From Reclinomonas americana ATCC 50394 (taxonomy: Eukaryota), in NCBI GenBank assembly GCA_048213135.1, contig PS015010.1:496001-560000 (forward strand): DNA of 64,000 nt, written 5' to 3'. Position numbers and translations under genes: made by a program. Positions 49,909 through 59,427 of this stretch are shown piece by piece (within the stretch, counting starts at the first letter, position 1; the number at the start of each line of letters is the position of its first letter). The notes under the pieces are model-generated. The model was not told the origin of the DNA and did not search any database. It worked only from the letters and a program-made list of their open reading frames with translations.

Positions 49909-51350
49909 AACCATCTCCTGTACACATATTGATCGTTGACGATGATGAAGATGATTTCTTTATCCTGCGGGAGTACATCAGCAAAATTGAAGAACAGCAT
50001 TTTGTTATCGACTGGTGTTACCGCTACAACGAGGCGCTGGACCATATCAGGAACGGCGCTTACCAGATCTATTTTATTGACTACCGGCTGGGCGCCAATA
50101 CCGGTCTGCAATTGATACAGGACGCGGTAAAATCCGGTTGCGAAGAGCCGCTTATACTGCTGACAGGCAACGGGAACCGCGTTATCGATATGGAGGCAAT
50201 GGAAAGTGGTGCCGTCGATTACCTGGTAAAAGGAGAACTGAGTACGGAAAAACTGGAAAGATGCATCCGCTATTCGCTGGAAAGAGCCTCTTTCCTGAAA
50301 GTACTCAGCAGCAATGAAAGAAAGTTCCGCAGCATTTTTGAAAGGTCCAAAGACCTGGTCTTTATCGCCGATGAGCAGCTGCGCTTTATTGAAGTGAACA
50401 ATGCCTCCGTGGCTATGCTGGGCTACGACAAAACGGAGCTGATGGGTAAACGCCTGTACCATATCATGGTCAACAGCCACGATGCGGAATATATTACCGC
50501 TCAATTGTCAGCAGGGAATGATGTAACGGATAAAGAGGCAGAAGTCTACGACAGGGAAGGAGAGAAGAAGTATTGCATCATTACGCTTTCGCGGGAAAAG
50601 GACAATGCAGGCGTAACCTATATCCAGGGCATCATTCATGATGTGTCATCCATGAAGCGGGCGGAGAAAGCAACGCTGATCATAGAAAAGCTGAACATCG
50701 CCAACCGGCTCACCCGTATTATGGCGCATGAAGTGAGGAACCCGCTCAGCAATATTATGCTGTCTGCCGAACAGATGGAAGGGCATATGGAGACAGAAGA
50801 GGACAAACAATGCCTGGAGATCATTGGCAGGAACAGCAAACGTATCGGTAAGCTCATTTCCGATCTGCTCAACTCCCTGCGCAGTGAGCCGCTGACCATG
50901 GAGAAGAAAGCCTTACAGGTTATCCTGGAAGAGACGCTGGATTCGGCCATCGACAGGCTCAGCCTGCGGCATATTCAATTGCGGAAGGTCTACCCCAACG
51001 AACCGGCCCTTATTTACGCGGATAATGAAAAACTGAAGATCGCGTTTCTCAACATTATCATCAACGCGATAGAGGCGATGAAGGAAAATGAAGGAGAGCT
51101 GGTGGTGTCTGTCGACAGGAAAAATGACCAGTATATTGTTTCTATCCGCGACAATGGCTGCGGCATCAGCGACGAGAGTATGCTGCGCTTGTTTGAACCC
51201 TATTTTACCTCAAAAAAGAACGGGATGGGACTGGGGCTTGCTGCCGCACTCAATATCCTGCAGGCGCATAATGCAACTTACGATGTCAAGTCTAAGGTAG
51301 ATAATGGAACTGTGTTCAATTTATTCTTTTCCGTGGCTTCAGACGACTGA
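49905..51350 (+). CDS. REC-PAS-histidine kinase
   Basis: ILIVDDD...FIDY; PAS (FRSIFE...VN...LGY); AHEVRNPL; GMGLGL; ATGA overlap with the upstream gene. Confidence 0.93.
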   Translation: MKPSPVHILIVDDDEDDFFILREYISKIEEQHFVIDWCYRYNEALDHIRNGAYQIYFIDYRLGANTGLQLIQDAVKSGCEEPLILLTGNGNRVIDMEAMESGAVDYLVKGELSTEKLERCIRYSLERASFLKVLSSNERKFRSIFERSKDLVFIADEQLRFIEVNNASVAMLGYDKTELMGKRLYHIMVNSHDAEYITAQLSAGNDVTDKEAEVYDREGEKKYCIITLSREKDNAGVTYIQGIIHDVSSMKRAEKATLIIEKLNIANRLTRIMAHEVRNPLSNIMLSAEQMEGHMETEEDKQCLEIIGRNSKRIGKLISDLLNSLRSEPLTMEKKALQVILEETLDSAIDRLSLRHIQLRKVYPNEPALIYADNEKLKIAFLNIIINAIEAMKENEGELVVSVDRKNDQYIVSIRDNGCGISDESMLRLFEPYFTSKKNGMGLGLAAALNILQAHNATYDVKSKVDNGTVFNLFFSVASDD

Positions 51351-51357
51351 TGCTCGT

Positions 51358-51759
51358 TCAATTCAGCGATGCCAGTATATTCCTGATCATGGTCTCCATT
51401 TCACTGAGATTACCCGGTTTTACAAAATAGGCCGAGGCGCCTTTGTCCATACATTCTTTGATGTGTGCCGCTGAATCAGAAGTGCTCAGTACATATTTGG
51501 GTATTCTGCCATATCGTTTGTCGGAACTCAGTTCCCAGAGTAGTTCTGCACCCTTCATCTGGGGCATGTTATAATCGAGTATGATGAGATCGGGAAACCG
51601 GCCTTCGCTGCAGGTTGACAGGAATTCCACCAGCGCTTTACCACTGGAGACCGCTTTAATGACCAGGTTGGGTTCAATGGATGACATCAGTTCCTGGAAT
51701 AATTCCAGGTCTTCGGGGTCATCATCGGCAAGAAGGATAAACATAGTTTTGGCAGACAT
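51358..51759 (-). CDS. Single-domain response regulator (Rcp1-like)
   Basis: LADDD, PDLIILDYNMP, LSTS, YFVKP. Confidence 0.92.
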   Translation of the reverse strand: MSAKTMFILLADDDPEDLELFQELMSSIEPNLVIKAVSSGKALVEFLSTCSEGRFPDLIILDYNMPQMKGAELLWELSSDKRYGRIPKYVLSTSDSAAHIKECMDKGASAYFVKPGNLSEMETMIRNILASLN

Positions 51760-51893
51760 AAGGGCCGGACAAATGTAATGGCTGCTTTTTACTTTTTAAA
51801 GATTATTGGCTGCTTTTTTTTAATAAATCATTGGTTGTTTGAGAATAGTGTTATTTTTTTTAGCTGTTTCTTCTACAAGGATTTGAAAAGGAA

Positions 51894-51930
51894 TGATAAA
51901 AGGCCGGGTTCTTCAACCCGCCTTTTATCA
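51894..51930. terminator. Terminator downstream of the pseudogene
   Basis: TGATAAAAGGCCGGGTT-CTTC-AACCCGCCTTTTATCA hairpin with one bulge. Confidence 0.7.
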
Positions 51931-51949
51931 TAATAAGAAAATGTATCGC

Positions 51950-52301
51950 TTATTGGTTACATTTATCAAATGCCTTGCTGATAAATTCTGAAGGAATCGG
52001 CATTTTTGATCCCGGGTATTTGGGGTCATCCAGCCATACCTCTTTATAGCTGTTAAATGTTTCGGCACTTTTCCTGTTTTCTGCTGCTGTCTGGGCTTTA
52101 CCATTAAGGGCATAAGTAGTTTCACCGCCTTAAAGTAAATTTCATTTTTGGCCAGGCCGGCGCAGTACACGTCTACTTCATCTACCAAAAAGGGCCACTT
52201 TTCGCCATAATCAGCTTTCTTCTATACAATACCACGCGGGCCGCTTTCAGAACAGGAGATAAGAAAAATAGCTGCAAAGGCTACTGCAAAAAGGGGGGCA
52301 T
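51950..52301 (-). pseudogene. YebY/DUF2511-like lipoprotein pseudogene (~117 aa reconstructed)
   Basis: Reconstruction M.PLFAVAFAAIFLISC...GIV*KKADYGEKWPFLVDEVDVYC...FK/GETTYALNGKA...VWLDDPKYPGSKMPIPSEFISKAFDKCNQ*; needs two -1 frameshifts and passes one TAG. Confidence 0.75.
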
Positions 52302-52482
52302 TAAAGTTGTTTTGCGGGGTTAAATGATCAGCATTACCAGTATGCTGTATTGGCAATCGTTAGCAGCATGGTTTTAGCTTTCCTGCAACCATGCAGGATT
52401 GTAAAAAGCAGCACCAGGAGAATGCTAAAAGCTATTTTGCCGGTTTTAGTATGGGAAATGATGCCTGAAGACCGGTGATGGA

Positions 52483-53121
52483 TCAGACAGCTCGTCGTTT
52501 TTTGAACAGGTAAACGATCAGCATGGAAGTAGCGGCACCCACTGCAGCCAGTGCAATATCTTTATGGGCATCCCATACATCGCCTTGTGTGGCCACATAG
52601 GTTTCACCTGTTTCCGGGCTGGTAAATTCCGCTACGCCCCATTCAATCATTTCAAAAATGGTTCCCAGCGAGAAGGAGATTTCTATCGGTAATAACCAGG
52701 CACGCCTGCCGGTTACTCCAAATCGGTTGATGAGTATATCCCTGAAAGGGTAGGCCATAAAAAAACCGAAGCTGAAGTGCACGATCCTGTCGTAAGGATT
52801 GCGCCAGAGATGGAAACGCTCCTGCAGCCAGCCGCCCAAAGCATTTTGTGTATAGGCATAGAAGGCGCCGTAAACGTGCAGCATCACAAAACAAAATATG
52901 CAGAAATAACTCAGGTCGCTCAGCCGGTGCCATTTTCGGGTAAATACCAGCAGGGAAAGACAGATGATCACCAGCAGGTTTTCCAGTATCCAGTCTTCCA
53001 GGATGAGACAGTTGTACCAACCGTATATCCAGTAAATGAGAAAGAGCCCGGTCAGTGTCCAAATGAATTTATTGGTTTGCACGGGAACGCGTTCCGGTGA
53101 TTGAGCAGTAGTTATAAGCAT
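52483..53121 (-). CDS. DUF2238 (YjdF-like) inner-membrane protein
   Basis: W.LEN, RNPYDRIVHF.FG, EMIEW, QGDVWDAHKD. Confidence 0.9.
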   Translation of the reverse strand: MLITTAQSPERVPVQTNKFIWTLTGLFLIYWIYGWYNCLILEDWILENLLVIICLSLLVFTRKWHRLSDLSYFCIFCFVMLHVYGAFYAYTQNALGGWLQERFHLWRNPYDRIVHFSFGFFMAYPFRDILINRFGVTGRRAWLLPIEISFSLGTIFEMIEWGVAEFTSPETGETYVATQGDVWDAHKDIALAAVGAATSMLIVYLFKKRRAV

Positions 53122-53224
53122 GCTTAAATGTATACATCTTTATAAAGCACGCTGTATTGGAATTGTTAAAGTGTGATGGCCTGGAGTATGGTTTAACATT
53201 GTCACGCTGGGAAGGGTACAAAGA

Positions 53225-53362
53225 GGTTGATATCTTCTTTTCCGGTTGACATCTCTATCCCAAATTCTTATTTCTTTTTATTGAACTCTCTCATAGTCAA
53301 TAGAAAATATTTAACGATGCCTGTTTTGTATGGTTGACATCTCCTTTTCCGGTTGACATCTC
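53225..53362. promoter_or_regulatory. Two copies of a 31-bp element, each a GGTTGACATCTC direct repeat
   Basis: 53225-53255 and 53332-53362 match at 29/31; internal period 19 nt. Confidence 0.7.
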
Positions 53363-53460
53363 CAAATAACAAGTACCCCAAAATTGGGCTATCAAATACC
53401 TTCAAAAGTAGGTATTGTACCACCTGTCTGCCGATTACATCTTTGCAGAAAATAATTTAT

Positions 53461-54036
53461 ATGATTTCAACGAAAAACCTAACCGACGCCGAACTCGTCT
53501 CTTCATTCACCCTGGGAAACAACAGGGCCTTCACTATCCTTATCGACCGTAACCGCGACAGGGTGCTTAAAGCAATATACCAGGTTACAAAGGATAAGTA
53601 CATTTCGGATGACATCTTCCAGGATGTCTGCATCAAAGTGTTTGAAGCGATTAAAAATGGTAATTACCAGGAATCGGGCAAATTTCTGCCCTTTATATTG
53701 CGGATCGCCCATAACCATACGCTCGATTGTTTAAGAAGGAACAAGCAAAGGAGCATTGTCAAAACGATCGATGACTGGGAATCGCTGGGCAACATCAACA
53801 TCTCCAGCCCGGCAGCGGATCATAAGATCGTGCAACGGGAAACCCGGCAGCTATTGGAAACGATGATCGACAGGTTGCCCGGTAAACAAAGAGATGTGGT
53901 CATCCTACGCAGTTACAGGGAAATCAGTTTCAGGAAGATCGCCCAGCTGCAGCAATGCAATATCAATACCGCCCTGGGCAGAATGCGTTACGGGCTCCAG
54001 GGATTGAGAAAAGCGACTGCGGCTGCGCTGGTGTAA
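53461..54036 (+). CDS. ECF sigma-70 factor (INTALGRMRY type)
   Basis: DDIFQDV, F.PFILRIAHN, SFRKIA...NINTALGRMRY; start moved to 53461. Confidence 0.9.
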   Translation: MISTKNLTDAELVSSFTLGNNRAFTILIDRNRDRVLKAIYQVTKDKYISDDIFQDVCIKVFEAIKNGNYQESGKFLPFILRIAHNHTLDCLRRNKQRSIVKTIDDWESLGNINISSPAADHKIVQRETRQLLETMIDRLPGKQRDVVILRSYREISFRKIAQLQQCNINTALGRMRYGLQGLRKATAAALV

Positions 54037-54256
54037 TACAGCGTAGGTATAACTTTCGGTAGAAGAGTGGACTGAAGATGGTGGAGTTGCAACTGTTGGT
54101 GTTATCATCCGTAGCGTTTAGGAGGATCTTTTGTATTTTGCTTTAAGATGTGGATTGATTTCAATGGGTTGATTGGTGATAATACCAGCGATGGTATGGC
54201 AAGTCTAACCGGATTTAGCCGCTCTGGATTTACCGAACAGTTAGGGCAAACAGGAA

Positions 54257-55018
54257 TCAGTAATATTCGTAGTGTGCATAATGAAACTCTTGTGCCCTGC
54301 GTAAGTAGAAATTGCCTGTAATTAAGTGGTCGAGCTGGTCAACTATTTGATTTAGCTCTTTGTATCGTTCCGCTTTTTCTTTCCCGGTCATATTATTGTC
54401 AATCTTGCGTTCATCTTCTATTAACTGTCTTAGCGATGCTATGTAAAGAGTTTTTTGTTTGGTGATGTCGTATGTTTTCTCAATGTAGTCACCGGCTTTT
54501 GGCAGTAAGTAGACTGAATATTCGGCGTAGCCCATGATCCTTGAATACTGGTGGGTAAAGTAAGTACCACCATACTGGAAATGAGAGAATAATGAATTGA
54601 TGTCGGAGTAAATTTCTATAAGTCTTTTTCTCTCCAGAGCATATGTATCAATCCCGTTTTTCTGACTAAGAAAGTATGCATACAGCGCATAATAGTTATC
54701 CTGACCTGCTTCGCTTCCAAATGGCTGTTTATTAGCATAGGTATAGTAAGTAATGTCTGGCGGCATTGGGTTATCGTCCAGTAACTCAGGATGCGTATCT
54801 GCAATTTCGTTGAACTCCTCTTTACTATATGTTAATGTATCCCCGTATGTGGTTGGAATGATGATGGAGTCCTGGGTTGTATAATATTTTGATACATCGC
54901 TTTTTCGGATAGGCCCGACCCGTGCAGCGGTGTCATCAGCAGGTGTGTTGCTGTCCGGTTGATGGTTTGAGTTGCAACTGATGATCATTGAGATCAGTAT
55001 GGTGGTTAACCATTTCAT
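54257..55018 (-). CDS. Hypothetical lipoprotein
   Basis: MKWLTTILISMIISC lipobox; Tyr-rich helical body; start moved to 55018. Confidence 0.75.
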   Translation of the reverse strand: MKWLTTILISMIISCNSNHQPDSNTPADDTAARVGPIRKSDVSKYYTTQDSIIIPTTYGDTLTYSKEEFNEIADTHPELLDDNPMPPDITYYTYANKQPFGSEAGQDNYYALYAYFLSQKNGIDTYALERKRLIEIYSDINSLFSHFQYGGTYFTHQYSRIMGYAEYSVYLLPKAGDYIEKTYDITKQKTLYIASLRQLIEDERKIDNNMTGKEKAERYKELNQIVDQLDHLITGNFYLRRAQEFHYAHYEYY

Positions 55019-55536
55019 CAGGAAAGTTTGGAAGTGAATGTACAACCGGAAATGAAAAAGATAAGTTAATACAAGGGCTGCTTTTCCGGGTAAGTTATAG
55101 GGCTTTTACCCTAACTGGGTAATTTGGATTAATTTAATCGCTTGTCTTTCTGAAAAACATATTCCCAAATTGGTGATAAGAGAAAACGTAATAGAATCTG
55201 TTATTGCCATCGTTGGTGGCATCAAACGTGACCTGAATTTAAGTTTTAGAGTTCTTGAATGATTTTCACAGGTTATTGAATCGTTCTTTCAAGTTGCTGA
55301 CCCATCCTTACAAGTTCCTCTGCCCCCGAATAAATTCCCACATTACCCCAATCCCTGCCACCCCCAAGCCACTCTATTCACCCGGCATCAATCATTCGTA
55401 ATTAATAATTGATAATTAACCCTCCCAGAAAAAAACATCCTTCTCCCATAAACCGGCTTAAAAACAACATTTAACGTCCCAACTTCAATAATTTCGGTAT
55501 TTTCACGTTACCAATGCTGAAAAGACCGTTGTATTG

Positions 55537-56307
55537 ATGAAAAACTGGATCAAGCCATCTCTTTTTACCACGTTACTGGTCCTGGCCTTTGCGGGCAACG
55601 CTGCCGCACAGGGTAACTTTGTCGATTATCAAAAATCGTCCGTTCGGGTTACCGATGTATTCAAACGGCTGGAAGACTCCCTCAAAAAGCAGTTCGACGA
55701 AAAAAAACTGGCCTGGCCGCCGGCCTCTATGTACATCCGCTCCTTTAAGTACGACCGCCAGCTGGAAGTATGGGTAAAAGGGGAGGCCAAAGACCCCTAT
55801 AAGTTATTCAAAACCTATAAAGTGTGTATGCAGAGTGGTACCATGGGCCCCAAACGTATGGAGGGCGATTACCAGGTACCGGAGGGGTTTTATTATATCA
55901 ACGAGTTTAACCCCAACAGCAATTACCACCTCTCGCTGGGACTCAACTATCCCAATGCGTCCGACCGTATCCTCAGCGACTCCCTCCGCCCGGGCAGCGC
56001 TATCTATATTCATGGTAACTGTGTTTCCACCGGTTGCATCGCCATCAGCGATATCCCCATTGAGGAAGTGTACATTATTGCCTCATTTGTAAAAGCCTCC
56101 GGGCAGCAGGACTTTATCCCCGTTCACGTATTCCCGGTTAAGTACAACGTCCGCAAGTCGTATGAGTACATGGCCGAAAACACCAAAGGCAAAGACGCTC
56201 TTCAAAAATTCACCGCCAGGCTTAAAGAGGTGTTTGACTTTTTTGAAGAAAAAAAGCAATTGCCGTTGATAATGGTCAATAAATCAGGGGAGTACGTTAT
56301 TAATTAG
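55537..56307 (+). CDS. L,D-transpeptidase family protein (YafK/DpaA-like)
   Basis: GPKRMEGDYQVPEGFY, LNYPN, catalytic IHGNCVSTGC; signal peptide. Confidence 0.9.
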   Translation: MKNWIKPSLFTTLLVLAFAGNAAAQGNFVDYQKSSVRVTDVFKRLEDSLKKQFDEKKLAWPPASMYIRSFKYDRQLEVWVKGEAKDPYKLFKTYKVCMQSGTMGPKRMEGDYQVPEGFYYINEFNPNSNYHLSLGLNYPNASDRILSDSLRPGSAIYIHGNCVSTGCIAISDIPIEEVYIIASFVKASGQQDFIPVHVFPVKYNVRKSYEYMAENTKGKDALQKFTARLKEVFDFFEEKKQLPLIMVNKSGEYVIN

Positions 56308-56325
56308 AATGGAGGGGGCTTGTCT

Positions 56326-56776
56326 GAAAGTCAAAATTCAAAAGTAAAAAGTCAAAATTTGGGCCCCTTTTAGCGGCTGCACATGAAATTGTAATTAATG
56401 CCATTCAATTGTTTATTAATCAATTATTTGTGTGTCTTGTCTTGTATTTTTTATTTAGTTGAGTGAATTTTCACGCAAGGCTAACTAAGGAGCAATGGTG
56501 CAAAGTTATTTTGTTGTCGGTTGTCTATTTTTTAACACGATCATCATAGATTGCTACGTCCGCGAGGTGGCAGGTCAAGCTGGATAAGCGCTGCTGGTCA
56601 TCAGACCAGGCACAACGGCGTTCTAAGGTGTAGCATCCGTCCAATCTTCAAATCATCAAATTTTCAATTGAGTGAAGTTTCACGCAAGGCGTAGTATCGT
56701 TATCAGCAATCTCCAAATCCTCAAATCTTCAAATCTTCAAATCTCCACATCCGCACATCCACACATCCACACATCA
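56326..56776. repeat. Repeat-dense intergenic region
   Basis: AAGTCAA array 56326-56358; 23-bp direct repeat at 56459 and 56668; ATCTTCAA arrays 56642-56670 and 56707-56743; ATCCACAC array 56744-56776. Confidence 0.85.
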
Positions 56777-58036
56777 TCTCATCAATACCTGTATCGTCTC
56801 CGTTGTCCGCTGTACCAAAAGCACGGTTTTTCCTTCAGTCAATTTGTTGATAACTTCCTGGTTATAATGCCGTACTGTAAGAAGTGTAAGATTTTTTTCT
56901 AACTGAACATCAAAAATTTCATCGGCGGCGATGGCCAGCTTTTCGATCTTTTCAGGATGATCATCCAGGCAGCAAATTACACTGATGGCGCCGTTTTGGG
57001 TAAGGTTGGGTTTCACCCGTGTTTGGGCAAACAGTTCGTAAAGACGGCTCATATAGGTCTCGCCTACAAATGAAAAATCCTTGCTGCTCAGCTGCATCAG
57101 CACCTGCTTGTCCTTCAACACAATAATGGGCGGCAGGTTATGAACAGGTTTCTTGCTGATGATGGTACCGGCCAGTCCGGGTTGCAGGAAACAGCGCACA
57201 TGCAGGGGAATATTCTTGTTCTGCAGCGGCTTAATGGTCTTGGGATGTATCACCTGGGCGCCATAGTAGGCCATCTCAATTACTTCGGTATAGCTCAGTT
57301 CAGATATATTCTGGGCGTCGGGGAACTGTTTGGGGTCGGCGCTCATTACAGCTTCCACGTCTTTCCAGATGGTCTGGCTTTCGGCATCCAGCATATTAGC
57401 GAAAATGGCGGCGGTATAGTCGCTTCCCTCGCGGCCCAGGGTGGTGCTTTCGTTCTCGTCGGTGGCGCCAATGAAGCCCTGCGTCAGCACCAGGTTACAT
57501 CCGTCAAACAGGGGAACGATGTCTTTATTCACTTTATCCTGTGTAAAAGCCCAGTCAATACCAGCATCACGGAAGTTGTCATCCGTCCGAACAATGTCCC
57601 GTACGTCCACCCACTTGTTGGGAATGCCCGCCTCGTTCAGGTAGTGGCTTACCAGCGAGGTGCTCAGCAGTTCGCCGCAGCATACCACCTGGTCGTAATA
57701 ATAATCGTATTCCCGTACGGGTTTATCATGCAGCAGCCATTCCACTTCGGTAAAAAAGTCTTTCAGGTGGTTCTCCGCGGCCTGCCAGTTAAGGGTAACC
57801 AGGTACTTCAGGGTGTTGAGGTGACTTTGTTTCACCTGCTCAAACAGGGCCAGTGCTTCGTCTTTCTTCCCTTCAAAAAAAGCGTTCACCACCTTCTCCA
57901 GGGCGTTGGTGGTTTTACCCATCGCGGAAATGATAACGAGTATTTTTTCCCCGCTGTATGACCGCAGGATTTCCCCGGTGTTCTGTATCCTTTCTACGGA
58001 ATTGATGCTGGCGCCGCCGAATTTGAAAACCTTCAT
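56774..58036 (-). CDS. lysC: Aspartate kinase
   Basis: VFKFGGAS, SAMGKTTN, GELLS, TTLGREGSDY, VIHPKT. Confidence 0.95.
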   Translation of the reverse strand: MKVFKFGGASINSVERIQNTGEILRSYSGEKILVIISAMGKTTNALEKVVNAFFEGKKDEALALFEQVKQSHLNTLKYLVTLNWQAAENHLKDFFTEVEWLLHDKPVREYDYYYDQVVCCGELLSTSLVSHYLNEAGIPNKWVDVRDIVRTDDNFRDAGIDWAFTQDKVNKDIVPLFDGCNLVLTQGFIGATDENESTTLGREGSDYTAAIFANMLDAESQTIWKDVEAVMSADPKQFPDAQNISELSYTEVIEMAYYGAQVIHPKTIKPLQNKNIPLHVRCFLQPGLAGTIISKKPVHNLPPIIVLKDKQVLMQLSSKDFSFVGETYMSRLYELFAQTRVKPNLTQNGAISVICCLDDHPEKIEKLAIAADEIFDVQLEKNLTLLTVRHYNQEVINKLTEGKTVLLVQRTTETIQVLMR

Positions 58037-58042
58037 ATATTA

Positions 58043-58183
58043 ATGTGATGATTTGAAAATTTGAAGATGTGAAAATGATCTTTATAGCATTGTGTTGATC
58101 CTACACTACCAGCTATGGGGTTTATGGTTTAATCCTTACTTTTGGTCACAAATCTAAATTCGCTAATCGTAAATCCGAAAATT
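58043..58183. repeat. Arrays abutting the divergent lysC and fbp starts
   Basis: ATTTGAAA-like 8-mers at 58043-58077 and AAATCNN 7-mers at 58148-58183. Confidence 0.7.
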
Positions 58184-58188
58184 GTTTT

Positions 58189-59226
58189 ATGAGCATTAAC
58201 CGCAGAGTACAGACCCTCGACGAATTCACCATACAACAGATGAGAGACTTTCCGCAGGCCACGGGCGAACTGGCGGGGCTTTTACGCGATATTGGCCTGG
58301 CGGCCAAACGGGTAAATGTGGAGGTGAACAAGGCGGGGCTGGTTGACATCCTTGGCGATGCGGGCAGTGTGAATGTACAGGGCGAGGAGGTGAAGAAACT
58401 CGACATTTATGCCAACGAGCAATTCATTGGCGTACTCCGCCACGGCATCAGTTGCGCCGGTATCGGCAGCGAAGAGATGGATGACATCGTGATCTTCGAC
58501 GACGAGGTGAGCAACAAAAGCAAATACGTATGCCTGTTCGACCCGCTCGACGGCAGCAGCAATATAGATGTCAACGTATCCATTGGCACGATCTTTAGTG
58601 TTTACCGAAGGGTAAGCGAGATTGGTAAACCGGCAACGGAGGCTGACTTTCTGCAGCCGGGCAACCGGCAGGTGGCGGCGGGTTATATTATATATGGTTC
58701 GTCTACTATGCTGGTATACGCGACTAAAAGAGGGGTGAACGGATTTACACTCGACCAGGCCATCGGCGAATTCAGCCTCAGCCACCCGGATATTGTTTGT
58801 CCGCCCAGCGGAAAGATCTATTCCGTTAACCACGGTAATTTCTTCCAGTACGACGAAGGCGTGAAACAATACATCACCGCCTGCCAGAAAAAGGACAAAA
58901 CCAACGGGGGGCCTTACACCCAGCGTTATATCGGCAGTATGGTGGCCGACGTGCACCGTAACCTGCTCAAAGGCGGCATCTTTATGTATCCTGCCATTAC
59001 CGATAAACCCAAAGGCAAACTGCGTCTGCTGTACGAGTGCAACCCCTGCGCCTTCATCATTGAAAGGGCGGGAGGTACGGCCACCAACGGCAAGCAGCGT
59101 ATACTGGATGTTCAGCCTACGGCCCTGCACCAGCGTACGCCCATGTTCATCGGCAGTAAAGAGATGATGGAGGAACTGGAAAAGTATATGAAAGAAGCGG
59201 AAACTGAGTCAAAAGTAAAAAGTTAA
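58189..59226 (+). CDS. fbp: Class 1 fructose-1,6-bisphosphatase
   Basis: DPLDGSSN, RYIGSMVADVHR, GKLRLLYECNP. Confidence 0.97.
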   Translation: MSINRRVQTLDEFTIQQMRDFPQATGELAGLLRDIGLAAKRVNVEVNKAGLVDILGDAGSVNVQGEEVKKLDIYANEQFIGVLRHGISCAGIGSEEMDDIVIFDDEVSNKSKYVCLFDPLDGSSNIDVNVSIGTIFSVYRRVSEIGKPATEADFLQPGNRQVAAGYIIYGSSTMLVYATKRGVNGFTLDQAIGEFSLSHPDIVCPPSGKIYSVNHGNFFQYDEGVKQYITACQKKDKTNGGPYTQRYIGSMVADVHRNLLKGGIFMYPAITDKPKGKLRLLYECNPCAFIIERAGGTATNGKQRILDVQPTALHQRTPMFIGSKEMMEELEKYMKEAETESKVKS

Positions 59227-59427
59227 AAGTAAAAACCGGTGTCTGCCGGTTACAGTTCTTTGTGTTTAAAAAGAGATGTCACGCCAGGACCGCAAAGGAG
59301 CAAGGCCGCAAGGTTAAAGACATGGCTATTTCTCTTTCTGCTATTCTCGTAAAACATTATTACCTATTGCTTATTCAATATTAGATAACACAATATTCCC
59401 TATTCAATCTAAAATATAAAATCAATC

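Noticed and set aside
51928-52188. 86-aa ORF from the track as a real gene
   Set aside because: It is the middle fragment of the YebY-like pseudogene and runs out of frame after ~52126.
52222-52224. TAG read-through or recoding
   Set aside because: Two additional frameshifts in the same gene indicate decay, and TAG is a normal stop elsewhere (hppD, bshC).
55046-55500. Hidden gene, tRNA or ncRNA in the long intergenic region
   Set aside because: No credible ORF, cloverleaf or terminator-bounded unit found; only C-rich and TAATT-type degenerate arrays.
56672-56902. 76-aa ORF (SNLQILKSSNLQISTSAHPHIHTS)
   Set aside because: Translation of 8-mer arrays, overlapping lysC on the opposite strand.
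58037-58188. Lysine riboswitch upstream of lysC
   Set aside because: The interval is only ~150 bp, largely repeat arrays and shared with divergent fbp; no riboswitch-like structure seen.
59320-59410. OxyR box upstream of dps
   Set aside because: Several CTAT/ATTG tetramers are present, but I could not fit the ATAG-N7-CTAT-N7-ATAG-N7-CTAT spacing convincingly.
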